64,000 nucleotides of DNA from Candidatus Latescibacterota bacterium (lineage in GTDB: Bacteria; Latescibacterota; UBA2968; UBA8231): positions 5,120,001-5,184,000 of the forward strand of contig OZ244561.1 of the NCBI GenBank assembly GCA_965217585.1, given 5' to 3'. The notes beneath the pieces were generated by a model. It was not told the origin of the DNA and ran no database searches. It was given only the letters and a program-made list of their open reading frames with translations. Shown one piece after another: positions 27,025 to 37,830 of the stretch (positions are counted from its first letter, which is position 1; every line of letters begins with the position of its first letter). A program made the translations under genes and the position numbers.

Positions 27025-27744
27025 GTGCCAACGCAAACTCAGCCCATTGATTACGACTTGGCCGCCCGCACTGTGGGCGAGGGGCCACTCTTCCGCCCCG
27101 ACGAACTACCGCGGGAGCGGCTCGCGCGCTTGGGTCCGCAGGCGCTCAAGGATCAAGAGCTGTTGGCCGTGGCCTTGGGGACGGGGTATCGCGGTCGGCA
27201 CGTGATGGACTTGGCCGAGGACATCCTCGCCGATTACCCCAAGGAATCGCTGGTGGACATGGATCTAGGGGAATTGAGCCGGATCAAGGGGCTGGGCAAG
27301 GCCAAGGCCGGGGTCTTAGTCGCGGCGTTTGAACTGGCGCGCCGCGGGTTGCACAAGGGCTTGGGGGTACGGCCGGTGATTAGTGCGCCCGGCGACGCGC
27401 TGTCGATGCTTTCCGATATCAAGGATCAGCAGCGCGAGCACTTTCTCTGCCTGTATCTCAACGCCCGCAATCAGGTGATCCACAAGGAGGTCGTGTCCAT
27501 CGGCAGTCTATCTTCGGCCATCGTGCATCCGCGCGAGGTCTTTCGCACGGCCGTATCGCAGGCTGCGGCCAGCTTGATCTTGGCGCACAACCATCCCTCC
27601 GGCGACGTATCGCCCAGCCAGGACGATATCAACCTGACGCGGCGCTTGGTACAGGCCGGCGAAATCATGGGTATTGACGTGCTCGACCACCTCATCATCG
27701 GCAGCGACGATTTTCTTAGCTTGAAGGAGCGCGGCTTGATCTAA
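27025..27744 (+). CDS. radC: RadC / JAB domain protein (UPF0758)
   Basis: PRERL..LG..AL.D.ELLA, VHPREVF, AHNHPSG..SPS.DD, LDHLII. Confidence 0.93.
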   Translation: MPTQTQPIDYDLAARTVGEGPLFRPDELPRERLARLGPQALKDQELLAVALGTGYRGRHVMDLAEDILADYPKESLVDMDLGELSRIKGLGKAKAGVLVAAFELARRGLHKGLGVRPVISAPGDALSMLSDIKDQQREHFLCLYLNARNQVIHKEVVSIGSLSSAIVHPREVFRTAVSQAAASLILAHNHPSGDVSPSQDDINLTRRLVQAGEIMGIDVLDHLIIGSDDFLSLKERGLI

Positions 27745-27817
27745 AGAAAATTGTATTTGCCCGGCAAAAGCCTATATTACTGACGAGCACAGTAATCTAT
27801 ACGAGGGTACGCGAGCG

Positions 27818-28516
27818 ATGAAAGACGAAGAAAGTCATCTAATTCCGGTGTACATTTTTGACATGTACCCCTATCCAGACGCGGAGCAGGGCTTAGGCAT
27901 ACCGCAGAAATTTTTGGTTTTGCTCAAGGGCACGGAAAACAGCGTGGTGCCCATCACGATTGGCCATTTTGAGGGACAAGCCCTCGCCATGGCCCTCCGC
28001 AAAATCGCCTTGCCGCGGCCTTTGCCGCACGATCTGTTGTGCAACCTGCTCAAGCGAATCAACGCCGTGGTCCACAAGCTGGTGATCCACACACTCAAAG
28101 AGGACGTTTTCCACGCCTACCTGCTGGTCCAGGCCCAGGGCCAGTCCTTCTACCTCGACTGCCGCCCCAGCGACGGCATGATCTTGGCCACGCTCTTGGG
28201 CGTGCCGCTCTTCCTGACCCCAGAGGTAATGGCGGCGGCCGGCCAGCCGCTGGACCACTCCGATCAGCGCGAAGCGACCAAGGGTGAACATGCGGCTGCG
28301 CCCGAGGCGGACCCGGATGCGTCCGCAGAGGACGAAGCGGCCGAGCGCGAAGGTGCCGCGAAGAAGTCGGAGGCGTTTGTGGATCCGCAGACGGGCGAGC
28401 CGATAAGCCGGTTGGAGCAGCTCAAGGCGCACTTGGACTACCTCATCGCCCAAGAGGCCTACGAGCAGGCGGCCAAGGTCCGCGATCGCATCAGCGAGCT
28501 AGAATCCGAAGGCTGA
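27818..28516 (+). CDS. Bifunctional nuclease (DUF151) with C-terminal UVR domain
   Basis: PITIG.FE..A, RPLPHDL, DCRPSDG; EAYEQAAKVRD. Confidence 0.85.
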   Translation: MKDEESHLIPVYIFDMYPYPDAEQGLGIPQKFLVLLKGTENSVVPITIGHFEGQALAMALRKIALPRPLPHDLLCNLLKRINAVVHKLVIHTLKEDVFHAYLLVQAQGQSFYLDCRPSDGMILATLLGVPLFLTPEVMAAAGQPLDHSDQREATKGEHAAAPEADPDASAEDEAAEREGAAKKSEAFVDPQTGEPISRLEQLKAHLDYLIAQEAYEQAAKVRDRISELESEG

Positions 28517-28588
28517 GGGGCGCTCTCGCCGCGCCGCGCTTGGACGCTCTTGCACTGCTGTTGCCGTGCGGGGGCGTTTTTTTGTGCG

Positions 28589-30469
28589 CTAGCTAGCGGA
28601 TTGGGCGCGGGCGTGCAAGAAGACCATGAGCGAAGCGAGGTCGGCGGGCGAAACCCCGGAAATGCGCGACGCCTGTCCTAGGGTCTGCGGGCGGATCGCC
28701 GCGAGCTTTTGGCGCGCCTCAGTCGAAATGTTCAGTCCGGGAACGGCGAAGTCAAAATCGGTCGGCAAGCGCATGGATTCGAGGCGCTTGAGCTTTTGCG
28801 CTTGGGTCTCTTGGCGCTTGATGTACCCCGCGTATTTGATCTCGGCCTCGACGTGTTCGGCCGCGTCTGGGGAAAGGGGCTGTGGAGGCGGGGCGAATTC
28901 GCAGAGGTGGTCATAGTTGAGTTGGGGGCGGCGCAGCAACTCGGCGAGCGAGGTCGATTCGGCGATGGGAGCGGTGCCCTGCCGCGCCAAGACTTCCTGC
29001 ACCTTTTCGGTCGGTTTGACGCGCTCGTGCTGTAGGCGTTCGCGCTCGGCAGCGACTTGTTGCTGCTTGGTTTGAAACCGATGCCACAGGTCGTCGCCGA
29101 CCAACCCCAGCGCCCGGCCCTTGGCCATCAGTCGGTCGTCGGCGTTGTCTTCGCGCAAGAGCAGGCGGTGCTCGGCGCGCGAGGTGAAGATGCGGTACGG
29201 TTCGAGTGTGCCTTTGGTCACGAGGTCGTCGATGAGGACGCCGATGTAGGCATCGGCGCGCGTGAGGACGAGCGGGTCTTCGCCGCGAGCCTTGAGCACG
29301 GCGTTGATGCCGGCCATGATCCCCTGGGCCGCGGCTTCTTCATAGCCGGTGGTGCCGTTGATCTGGCCGGCGAAGAAGAGATTGGCCACGCGCTTGGTCT
29401 CTAGGTGCGGGTAGAGCTGGGTCGGCGGAGCGTAATCGTATTCGACCGCGTACGCCGGGCGCATGATCTCGGCCCGTTCGAGGCCGGGTAGGGAGCGCAC
29501 GATCCGGTGTTGCAGGGCTTCCGGCAGGCTCATCGATAGGCCGTTGAGATAAAACTCAAGAGTGCGACGCCCCTCTGGCTCGACGAAAACTTGGTGCCGC
29601 TCCTTGTCGGCAAAGCGCGCGATTTTGTCCTCTATGGAGGGGCAGTAGCGCGGGCCGATGCCCTCGATGCGCCCGCTGTACATGGCCGAGCGCGATAGGT
29701 TGTCTTGGACGATCTGGTGGGTGTGGGCGTTGGTGTAGGTGATCCAGCAGGGCATTTGCGGCCGAGTAATTTTTTGCACCGCATAGGAAAAGGGGCGCGG
29801 CGGGTCGTCGCCGGGCTGTTCGTCGAACGCGGCAAAGTCGAGGGTGCGGCCGTTGACGCGCGGCGGGGTGCCGGTTTTGAGACGGCCGGTCTCAAAACCG
29901 AGTGCGACCAAGCCCTCGGCGGCCTTTTCGGCCGCGGTCTCGCCGGCGCGCCCGGCGCTATAAGAGAAATCGCCGACGTGGATCTTGCCTCGGAGGAAGG
30001 TGCCGGTCGTGAGGATGACGGTGCGCCCTCGGTAGGCGATGCCGCCCTTGACGCCGACGCCTTGGACGGCTCCGTCCTCGATCAGCAAGCTCTCCATCAT
30101 GCCTTGGCGGATGTCGAGATGCTCCTGCTGTTCGCAGGTGTACTTCAATTCAAATTGGTAGTCCTTTTTGTCGGCTTGCGCCCGCGAGGCGCGCACGGCT
30201 GGTCCGCGCGAAGTGTTGAGGCGGCGGAATTGGATGCCGGTGCGGTCGATATTGATGGCCATCTGGCCGCCGAGCGCGTCGATTTCCTTGACGATGTGTC
30301 CCTTGCCGATCCCGCCGATAGCCGGGTTGCAGGATAGCTGGCCAATGGTGTCCAAGTTCATAGTTAGGAGCAGGGTCTCGGCTCCCATGCGCGCTGCGGC
30401 GAGCGCGGCCTCGGTACCGGCGTGGCCGCCGCCGACGACGATGACTTGGTACGCTTTGTCGTAAATCAT
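28589..30469 (-). CDS. mnmG: tRNA uridine-5-carboxymethylaminomethyl(34) synthesis enzyme MnmG
   Basis: [56 protein letters not shown]. Confidence 0.97.
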   Translation of the reverse strand: MIYDKAYQVIVVGGGHAGTEAALAAARMGAETLLLTMNLDTIGQLSCNPAIGGIGKGHIVKEIDALGGQMAINIDRTGIQFRRLNTSRGPAVRASRAQADKKDYQFELKYTCEQQEHLDIRQGMMESLLIEDGAVQGVGVKGGIAYRGRTVILTTGTFLRGKIHVGDFSYSAGRAGETAAEKAAEGLVALGFETGRLKTGTPPRVNGRTLDFAAFDEQPGDDPPRPFSYAVQKITRPQMPCWITYTNAHTHQIVQDNLSRSAMYSGRIEGIGPRYCPSIEDKIARFADKERHQVFVEPEGRRTLEFYLNGLSMSLPEALQHRIVRSLPGLERAEIMRPAYAVEYDYAPPTQLYPHLETKRVANLFFAGQINGTTGYEEAAAQGIMAGINAVLKARGEDPLVLTRADAYIGVLIDDLVTKGTLEPYRIFTSRAEHRLLLREDNADDRLMAKGRALGLVGDDLWHRFQTKQQQVAAERERLQHERVKPTEKVQEVLARQGTAPIAESTSLAELLRRPQLNYDHLCEFAPPPQPLSPDAAEHVEAEIKYAGYIKRQETQAQKLKRLESMRLPTDFDFAVPGLNISTEARQKLAAIRPQTLGQASRISGVSPADLASLMVFLHARAQSAS

Positions 30470-30747
30470 GATCGTTTATACTCGGCGAGGATGCGGTCGC
30501 CCTCCTCTTGGGTTTCGCGCAAGAGCGTTTGGAGCACGTCTTCGGGGGTGCCGGCGCGCTCTTGCTTTTCGGACCAGTGCCACTGGTTCAGATAGGCGTC
30601 GGAGCCCACTAGGCCCTCCTGCATGGCGATGCGATCGATCGCGAGCTGGAAGCGGGCGGGCAGGGTATGCGAGCGCGGCCGGCGGCCGACAAAGAGCTTG
30701 ATTTGCGCGGGAATATCGCGCCAGTAAAGGACTTGGTATTGAATCAT
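30466..30747 (-). CDS. 'Virulence factor' family small protein associated with split methionine synthase clusters
   Basis: YWRDIPAQ...[14 protein letters not shown]...SDAYLNQW. Confidence 0.75.
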   Translation of the reverse strand: MIQYQVLYWRDIPAQIKLFVGRRPRSHTLPARFQLAIDRIAMQEGLVGSDAYLNQWHWSEKQERAGTPEDVLQTLLRETQEEGDRILAEYKRS

Positions 30748-31733
30748 GAGTCGAGTGCCTGGCGAAAGGCGCGGATGTGGTCGGGTGTGGTGCCGCAGCA
30801 GCCGCCGATGATCTGGACGCCGGCAGCCGCTAAGTCTGGGATGTACATGGTCATTTCCTCGGGGCTTTGCGAGTAGATGGTGCGGAGGGCGCTGTTGAGC
30901 CGGGGCATGCCGGCGTTGGGATAGATCATCAGCTTCTTGGCGAGGCCGCGTTCCTGCATGGCGGCCTTAAACTGCTCGACGCCGTGGAGAGCGTACGGCA
31001 TGCCAGTGTGCTCGCTGCGCCGGGTTTCGGCACCGCAGTTGATCCCGACGAGGTGGACGTGGTCGAGGAGGTTGTCGCCGCCGGAGTATTGGCCCGAGGC
31101 GAGCGCGTCCAACAGGTTGGCGGCCGAGTGCCCCCAATCGGTGCGATAGACGATCTGCTTGCTTTTGCGGTCCTGCGTGTATTTGAGTGCGAGGTTGACG
31201 GCAATGGGCAGGCCGGTCTGGCGGGCGATGTCGCAGATCATGGCCGCTTCGACGGCTGAAAACTGGGTCTCAACGGAGAAAAAATCTACCCCGCCTTCGT
31301 AGAGCGCGTCGATGATGCGCTGATGCGCGGCGCGGACCTTGTCGTTGGCAATGCCGAAATCCGTACTGCCCGCGTCGGCTTCGATGGCCCCAGGGGAGGG
31401 GCCGATGGAGCCGGCGATGAAGACGTTTCGCTCGCCGAGTTCCCGGGCGCGCTGTGCTAGCTCGGCCCCGCGCCGGGCCAGTTCGCTGGCCTGGCCTGGG
31501 TCTTTGCCGGCCATGTCCAGATGCAGTTCGGAGGCGACAAAGGTGTTGGTGCCAATGCAGTCGGCACCCGCGGCGATGTAGTCGGCGTGGATATCGACGA
31601 CCGCCTCTGGATGGCTTTCGTTGGCGAGGGTGGAGTTGGTCAGCTCGATTTGGCGGGCGAAAAGCTGGGAACCAAAGCCGCCGTCGTACAAGAGGGGGCG
31701 CGAGTCGTCGAGGCGCTGAAGGAAAGGGGACAC
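30744..31733 (-). CDS. Homocysteine S-methyltransferase domain protein (stand-alone MetH Hcy module)
   Basis: DGGFGS, H.DY..AGAD.I.TNTF, GINCG, YPNAGMP, IIGGCCGTTPDHI. Confidence 0.9.
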   Translation of the reverse strand: MSPFLQRLDDSRPLLYDGGFGSQLFARQIELTNSTLANESHPEAVVDIHADYIAAGADCIGTNTFVASELHLDMAGKDPGQASELARRGAELAQRARELGERNVFIAGSIGPSPGAIEADAGSTDFGIANDKVRAAHQRIIDALYEGGVDFFSVETQFSAVEAAMICDIARQTGLPIAVNLALKYTQDRKSKQIVYRTDWGHSAANLLDALASGQYSGGDNLLDHVHLVGINCGAETRRSEHTGMPYALHGVEQFKAAMQERGLAKKLMIYPNAGMPRLNSALRTIYSQSPEEMTMYIPDLAAAGVQIIGGCCGTTPDHIRAFRQALDS

Positions 31734-31748
31734 GGGGTTTGTCTCCGT

Positions 31749-32663
31749 CTATGACAGGGTGTCGGCGCGGGAGTCGCTGAACAGCCATTCGAGCAAGCGT
31801 TGGCCAAAGTCCGGCGCAAAGCGCGGTACGTGCGAGCCTTGCTCTATGGTCCACAATTCGATGGTGACGTCGTTGCGGCAGCCCGTGCGGTAGCGGGTGC
31901 GGACGGTCTCGGGGCCGTCGATGTCTTGGTCGAGGTCGAGCGGAGGGAGGGTTTCTGGATCGGTGAGGTCGCAGCGGGCGAGTGCAGCCCAGCGCAGCGC
32001 GACTTCTTTCGCGCCCGCGTACTCCTGCTCGCCCGCGCTTCCGTCGTAGGCCACGACCTCGTCGGCTGTGCCGTGGATTTGTAGCACCGAGACCGGGGAT
32101 GCGAAGGCACAACGGGAAGGGTCGCTAAAGGAAGTACCGGCGAGGCTGACAATGGCAGCTAGCTTTGGGATACCTTCGCAGGCGAGTCGGTAGGACATGA
32201 AGCCGCCGTTGGAATGCCCGAGGATGAAGATGCGCTCTACGGCGATATGCGTGGCGGCTTCTTCGAGTAGTCCGGAAAGGTACTGCACGTCATCGACTTG
32301 GGTGTTGTGGAGGTCGCAGCAGAAGTCCGTGGCGTTCCAGAAGCGCTTGCCGTCGGGATCGCGCGTGCCATTGGCCATAATGAGGGCGAAGCGATCGTCG
32401 TTCACCCGCTTTGCGAGGCCAAAATAGCGGTCGTGCTGGGCCGAGTGGCTGGTGAAGCCGTGTAGGCTGAGTACTAGCGGAAGAGGCGTCTCGGGGTCGT
32501 GATCGGCAGGGAGGACCAAGAGGGCTGGGCGTTGGTCGCCTAACGTGTGGACGATGTGATTTTCGTTCAGATTGGCGACCAACTCGGTATGGGATATTTC
32601 GCCGCAGGCGACGAGGGGCAACGATAGCAGAGCAGCAAAGATACAGATTTTGTTGTTCCGCAT
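31749..32663 (-). CDS. Alpha/beta hydrolase lipoprotein (PHB depolymerase/LpqC-like esterase)
   Basis: Lipobox LVAC; LHGF, DDVQY, GHSNGG, IHGTAD. Confidence 0.82.
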   Translation of the reverse strand: MRNNKICIFAALLSLPLVACGEISHTELVANLNENHIVHTLGDQRPALLVLPADHDPETPLPLVLSLHGFTSHSAQHDRYFGLAKRVNDDRFALIMANGTRDPDGKRFWNATDFCCDLHNTQVDDVQYLSGLLEEAATHIAVERIFILGHSNGGFMSYRLACEGIPKLAAIVSLAGTSFSDPSRCAFASPVSVLQIHGTADEVVAYDGSAGEQEYAGAKEVALRWAALARCDLTDPETLPPLDLDQDIDGPETVRTRYRTGCRNDVTIELWTIEQGSHVPRFAPDFGQRLLEWLFSDSRADTLS

Positions 32664-32765
32664 ATCGACCCTCCTTTCCGTTCGCAATCTACAGACCGAC
32701 GGCAACAAATCCCGTCCTAAACTCAGTTTTTAATCTACGGGATAAGAACAACAATGACCAACGCA

Positions 32766-33794
32766 CTAGGCGGCGAGCTCGCCCTTGCGATAGGCGCGAA
32801 GGAAAGCGGCGCAGTACTCGTCTCGGCCTAGTAGCATATCCTCGGCTAGTTGGTAGGAGCGGGCTTGCCGATCGGTGGCAAAGAGGTCGGCCAGTGAGGT
32901 GGTGGTCGGGTCCATGATCGCGCTGTCGGCACCGGCTTCGATGGCCAGCAGCAGGAAGGCATCGTTGATCAAGTGGCGGCAGGGCAGGCCGAAGGAGACG
33001 TTGGAGAAGCCACCGGTGATGTGAATTTCGGCACCTAGCTCGTCGCGCAGTTGGCGGATGGCATCAAAGGCGTGGTGGCCGAACTGCGCGTCAACTGAGA
33101 TAGGGAAAATCAGGGGGTCGATGTAGAGGTCAGAAAGCGGCAGGTCCAAGGCGAGGGCCTTGTCAACCATTTGTCGGGCGTGATCGATCCGCTCTTGCGC
33201 GCTTTGCGGCATGCCGGACTCGCCAGCCGCGGTGATGATGACTTGGGCGTTGTACCGTTTGGCCAGCTCTAGGGCTTCGGGCCGCTCTAAAGACGCGGAG
33301 TTGAGCAGCAGGCGCTGGGGGTGGTCGGCACCGGCTTCGAGACCGACGGCGAGGGTGTCTAGCTGAGAGGAGTCGATGGCCAGTGGCGTCGGCGACATAG
33401 CCGATACCGTCTGCACCAGCCAGCGCATGGCCTCTTGCCGCTCTGCGGGCTTGAGGGAGATCTCATCGACATTGAGGTCGAGGAAATCGGTGCCGGCCGC
33501 TTCTTGGCGCTGTACTTGGCGGCGGATGTAGTCGAGGGCATCCGCGTTGCCGAGCATGGCTTGTTGCACGGCGATCTTGAGGTGTTTGACGCGGCCTTCC
33601 TCGTAGTCTTGGGTTGTTTTGACTGCTTTGGGAATTTGGAGGAAACGGCGCTTGTTGTTGGCGTCGCGGAAGCGCACCGATTCGATGCCTTGGGGGTCTG
33701 CGCCGATGAGCTTGCCTTTGCGCAAGATGACGCGGGTGGTGTGGATGTTTTCGCCGATGACGACGAAGGGACGGTCCGTACCGGGGATGTTCAT
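32766..33794 (-). CDS. Methyltetrahydrofolate:corrinoid methyltransferase (pterin-binding, AcsE/MetH-folate domain)
   Basis: IGENIH, LDLNVD, LAIDSS, IDPLIFPI, GFSNVSFGLP, DSAIMDP. Confidence 0.88.
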   Translation of the reverse strand: MNIPGTDRPFVVIGENIHTTRVILRKGKLIGADPQGIESVRFRDANNKRRFLQIPKAVKTTQDYEEGRVKHLKIAVQQAMLGNADALDYIRRQVQRQEAAGTDFLDLNVDEISLKPAERQEAMRWLVQTVSAMSPTPLAIDSSQLDTLAVGLEAGADHPQRLLLNSASLERPEALELAKRYNAQVIITAAGESGMPQSAQERIDHARQMVDKALALDLPLSDLYIDPLIFPISVDAQFGHHAFDAIRQLRDELGAEIHITGGFSNVSFGLPCRHLINDAFLLLAIEAGADSAIMDPTTTSLADLFATDRQARSYQLAEDMLLGRDEYCAAFLRAYRKGELAA

Positions 33795-33808
33795 TGGTCT
33801 GCTCCAAT

Positions 33809-34219
33809 TTATTTTGGGGTATAAGTTACTTCGAGCTTGATACCGTCAGGGTCGAAGAAGAAAGTCGCGTAGTATCCCTCGCCGTACTCTGGACAGTCGA
33901 TGGGCGGGTCTTCGACATCCACATCCTCTAAGTTCTTGATCACCTCTTCGTAGATTCGTTCGACTTCTGCCCGTGAATCCACAGAGAATGCGAGATGGTG
34001 CAGCCCAGGCTTGCTCCTCTCATGTCGGCCCGCTTCCATAGTGCGGCCGATCAGCAGGATCATCCCATCCTTCTCGAATCGCAGTCTGTCGATTTCCCCT
34101 TTCTCTGTCAGCCGCGGGGACAATTCTTTGAATCTAAGCCCTTCTAACAAGGGCGAGTAGAATCTCGTCGCAGTATTCAGATCGGAGACTGATAGCCGGA
34201 TGTGATGGATAGCTGCCAT
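33809..34219 (-). CDS. VOC/glyoxalase family protein
   Basis: IHHIRLSVSDL, GLHHLAF, YYATFFFDPDGIKLE; lower GC than flanks. Confidence 0.88.
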   Translation of the reverse strand: MAAIHHIRLSVSDLNTATRFYSPLLEGLRFKELSPRLTEKGEIDRLRFEKDGMILLIGRTMEAGRHERSKPGLHHLAFSVDSRAEVERIYEEVIKNLEDVDVEDPPIDCPEYGEGYYATFFFDPDGIKLEVTYTPK

Positions 34220-34350
34220 CTATGCTTCGGTGTTTGTCATTGATGGTTGGTGCTACGTCGATCCTGCGTGACGGCCCACTGTCTGCCCTATTGGGTAGCA
34301 TCATCAGACGGGTCTATACGGGATGTAGCGGAATAGTCGATGATGCAGTA

Positions 34351-35910
34351 TTACTGCGAATCTTTCTTCTTCCCGCGATGATCTCTTTGCAAAAAGGCGT
34401 TGGCCCAGGCGCTGGTGCCCTGTAAGGCCGCGTCCTTGATGACGGTGGGGTGGTCGAGCATTTGTTCCTCTTCGCCGTAAGCCTTGAGGCGGTCGTACGC
34501 GCGCACCCAGATGCAGTCCTTGTCGCCGATTTCGCACTTGCCTTGGCGCGTACCGCCGCAGGGGCCGTTGCGCTGGTTTTTGACGCACTGCGATTCCGGG
34601 CACAAATAGGCGATGTCCGGCAGCGAGCAGTCGCCGCAGTCGCGGCAGTCAAAAGCAGCGATTTTGACTGCGTGCTCTGCGGTGTGTAGGGGCTTTTGCA
34701 GTTTCCCACCCTCGACTTTGCGCGACAGGGCCGCTCCAAGGCGAAACAGGGCCTTGCTTGGCTCAAAGACGCGGTCGTGGATTTGGCGATTGATCCTGTA
34801 CATTAGGGGAGCTCGGCGACGGCCACTGGGCGTCTTTGAGTCGAGATAGGCTTGGTTGACTTGGGCGGAGGCCAAGCCGGTGTCGGTGTCTTCTTCAAAG
34901 TAGAAGAATTCGCCGGGGCGCGAGTAGCGGATCTGGCGGGCAAAATCGCGCCAATCGTCAGCGCCGTACTGTGCGGCCAGTTCCAAAATGCGGTCGTATT
35001 CCTCAGCGCCGATGTGGCCCCCCAAGTACACGCCGCGATAGCCTAGGCCCCGGGCAATAGCGCATTGCTGGGCGGCGAATTCGAGGAAGAAGGCTTTGCC
35101 CTTGTCGGGGGAGGCGGCTTGCTTTTGCGCCACGGCGAGCAATTCGTCGGTGACTTCGACGCCGGGGATGCGGCCGGCGTGGAAGAAGCGGGCCACGCCC
35201 CCGGACAAGACGAAGACATTGGCGATGACCGGAACGTGGAGGCCGTGCAGGGTCATGTACTTGAGCAACTCGTCCTGCTTGCGGGCGTCGTAGCCGATTT
35301 GGTTGATGATGAAGCGGGCACCGGTGTGGATCTTTTTGGCCAGCTTGAAATACTGCGGCATGACCTCGGCTTCGAGCCGCTTGTGGTTGTTGACTACGGC
35401 ACCGAGAAAAAAGCGGGTGGGTTTTAAGGGACGCGGCTTGCGGCCTGGCGAGGCATCCTCAAAGCGCCCCTCGTTCATGTCGGAGAGCAATTGCAACAGG
35501 CCGACTGAATCGATGTCGAACACGCCGCCGGCCTGGCCTTGGTACCCGGCGATGGGGTAATCCCCCGACAGGGTGAGAATATTGTCGAAGCCCCCATTGG
35601 CCAGCTTCCAGGCTTGGCCCAGCAGTCCGTTGCGGTTGAAATCCTTGCAGGAGAGGTGGATGATGACTTCTTGGCCGCCCTCTTTGAGCGGAGTGCCCAG
35701 CGCGTCCGCGGTGATCATGGGATTGCCGCCGGGATTGTCGGTAATCGAGACGGCGTCAAAGCGCGGATCGGCAGCTAAGGTGCGGGCCATCTCCAGCACC
35801 CGCTTGCCACTGCGGTCGGCCAAGGTGCCCCGGGAAGTGACCAACTCGACGCAGGTAATAAAGCGATCGGTCTCCTCTAGCAGATGGCGCAGGGTAGCGG
35901 TTTTCTGCAT
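34351..35910 (-). CDS. metF: Methylenetetrahydrofolate reductase with fused Cys-rich (MetV-like) C-terminal domain
   Basis: SITDNPGG, IHLSCKD.NR, LSGD, KKI..GA.FII.Q; CRDCGDC...CPESQCVKNQRNGPCGG...CIW. Confidence 0.85.
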   Translation of the reverse strand: MQKTATLRHLLEETDRFITCVELVTSRGTLADRSGKRVLEMARTLAADPRFDAVSITDNPGGNPMITADALGTPLKEGGQEVIIHLSCKDFNRNGLLGQAWKLANGGFDNILTLSGDYPIAGYQGQAGGVFDIDSVGLLQLLSDMNEGRFEDASPGRKPRPLKPTRFFLGAVVNNHKRLEAEVMPQYFKLAKKIHTGARFIINQIGYDARKQDELLKYMTLHGLHVPVIANVFVLSGGVARFFHAGRIPGVEVTDELLAVAQKQAASPDKGKAFFLEFAAQQCAIARGLGYRGVYLGGHIGAEEYDRILELAAQYGADDWRDFARQIRYSRPGEFFYFEEDTDTGLASAQVNQAYLDSKTPSGRRRAPLMYRINRQIHDRVFEPSKALFRLGAALSRKVEGGKLQKPLHTAEHAVKIAAFDCRDCGDCSLPDIAYLCPESQCVKNQRNGPCGGTRQGKCEIGDKDCIWVRAYDRLKAYGEEEQMLDHPTVIKDAALQGTSAWANAFLQRDHRGKKKDSQ

Positions 35911-35917
35911 GGCCTTC

Positions 35918-37810
35918 TCAGACGGAGGCAGCGGTCAGTTCGCAGGGCATGGGTTTGAATTGGCAGCCCTCGACGAAGAGTTCAAAAAAGTCGGGGGTCG
36001 TCTCCAGTTCGACGTGCTCGACGCGCTTGGCCAGCGCTTCGATGCGGGCGCGTTTGCCGGCGGAGAGCAGCACTTCGCGCGCGCCTTGGACGGCGGCGTT
36101 GCCCACCTTGGCGATGCGCGCGGTGGGCACGGGGGCCAAGAAACCGATGTCGATGGCGGCTTGGACATCGACGTAGTTGGCAAAGCCGCCGGCGAGGTAG
36201 AGCTGTTGCACGTCGCCCGGGTCCAGGCCCAAGGTCCGCAAGACGATGTACTGGCCGCAGAAATTGGCGGCTTTGGCTTGGGCGAGGTTGGAGGCGTCGA
36301 GGCGCGAGAAGGTGATGCCGCGCTCGGGGACTAGCTCAAATTGGCGCTTTTTGTCGGCGAAGACGCCCTTGGGGGCCATTAAATCGTGGCGGCGCAACTC
36401 GGCGAGGAGGTCGATTAGCCCGGAGCCGCACAGTCCCGCCGGCGCGGTGGCACCGATGGTTTCCCACTGCCAGCGCGTGCCGTCCCAGCGGATGGACTCA
36501 ATAGCTCCGTCGCAGCCGGGCATACCATAGGTGATGCCGCCGCCCTCAAAGGCCGGGCCGGCCGGGCAGGAGGCCGCGACGAGACGGCCTTGGTGCGCGA
36601 CGACGACTTCGGTGTTGGTGCCCACATCGACCAGCATCGCGCTCTCGCTGGTAAGGTCCATATCGACGGCGACTAAGTCGGCGGCTACATCTGCGCCGAC
36701 GTGGCTGGCAATCAGCGGCAGCGAGTACGCGCGCGCTTTGGGATTGGCCTTCAGACCGAGGCGGCGAGTCTTTTCGACTAGGCTGGTCGCGGTGCGCTCG
36801 CCGCTTAGATATTCGTGCTCAATGCGCGATTTGTAGGGTTTTTGGCCAATGCTCTGCACGTCGAGGCGGAAGAGGATATCGCGCATCGTCGAGTTGCCGG
36901 CGACCACGATTTCGTAAATCTCCTGCCGCACAAAGCCGCCGCGCCGACAGAGGTTTTCGATTTCGTGGTTGAGCGCCTTGACCAAGGATTGGCGCAGCTC
37001 GCCGGGGTGTTGCCCGTCGTAGGAAATGCGGTGCATGATGTCGCTGCCGCCAAAGCGCTGTGGGTTTTCAAACGCGCTCAACTGCACGCTCTCGCCCGTC
37101 TCCAGATCGACTAAATCGAGGACGATGGTGGTGGTGCCCAAGTCGATGGCTAGGCCGTAGAGGTGGCCGCGGTACTGATCGACTTCCTCGTCGCCGTAGT
37201 AGATGGCTTGTCCGCGCCGCTGGACTACTGGGTCGATTTCGGCGGGGCGATCCACAGTCTGGGTCAGTATCCGGGGCGTGCGAAAAAGCGGTGCGAACTC
37301 GATATCCACATCGGCATCTTCGACTTTGGCTTGGCAGGCGAGCCGGAACTCGCCGCCGAGGAAGTCCTCAGCCGACGTTGGTGCGCTGAGGGCTTGTGCA
37401 CCGCTTGTGACCTCGACGATGCACTCGTGGCAGTGGCCGGTGCGCCCGCAGGAGGTAGGCACGCGGGCGCCGAGCTGATCCGCGTAGTCGAAGAGGGTGC
37501 CGCCGGTGGACAGCGGGTAGGAGGTGTTGTCGCAGCGGATTTGTCCGCGGCCGGGTGTGGACGGGCGTTGGTCCGACTCCCAGGCCGAGCGGTAGTCGAG
37601 CTGGTCGTCACTGCCGCACTGGAGCAGTCCACCCGGCTTTTGCGGCTTGCGCTGGTTGCGGCAGCCGAAGTGGGCGGTGCATTGGTCGAAGCGGTTCTTG
37701 TACGGGCAGCGGAAGGTCGCCTGCACGTCGGCGTGGGTGGCGATGCCCGCGAGGATGCCTGACAGGTGGTCGAGGCTCTTTTGATACTCTTGGGGGTCGA
37801 TTTGGGTCAT
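35918..37810 (-). CDS. ASKHA-type corrinoid reductive activator (RACE/RamA-like, DUF4445) with 2Fe-2S domain
   Basis: SCGRTGHCHEC...RLACQ; AIDLGTTT, NPQ.FG.D, DVGTNTE, AGPAFEG, GLCGSG. Confidence 0.9.
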   Translation of the reverse strand: MTQIDPQEYQKSLDHLSGILAGIATHADVQATFRCPYKNRFDQCTAHFGCRNQRKPQKPGGLLQCGSDDQLDYRSAWESDQRPSTPGRGQIRCDNTSYPLSTGGTLFDYADQLGARVPTSCGRTGHCHECIVEVTSGAQALSAPTSAEDFLGGEFRLACQAKVEDADVDIEFAPLFRTPRILTQTVDRPAEIDPVVQRRGQAIYYGDEEVDQYRGHLYGLAIDLGTTTIVLDLVDLETGESVQLSAFENPQRFGGSDIMHRISYDGQHPGELRQSLVKALNHEIENLCRRGGFVRQEIYEIVVAGNSTMRDILFRLDVQSIGQKPYKSRIEHEYLSGERTATSLVEKTRRLGLKANPKARAYSLPLIASHVGADVAADLVAVDMDLTSESAMLVDVGTNTEVVVAHQGRLVAASCPAGPAFEGGGITYGMPGCDGAIESIRWDGTRWQWETIGATAPAGLCGSGLIDLLAELRRHDLMAPKGVFADKKRQFELVPERGITFSRLDASNLAQAKAANFCGQYIVLRTLGLDPGDVQQLYLAGGFANYVDVQAAIDIGFLAPVPTARIAKVGNAAVQGAREVLLSAGKRARIEALAKRVEHVELETTPDFFELFVEGCQFKPMPCELTAASV

Positions 37811-37830
37811 GGGTGCGTGAGGCCGTTGGC

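Noticed and set aside
27025-27744. radC as marker of a mobile element
   Set aside because: Full-length chromosomal type with HhH region, host-like composition, housekeeping context
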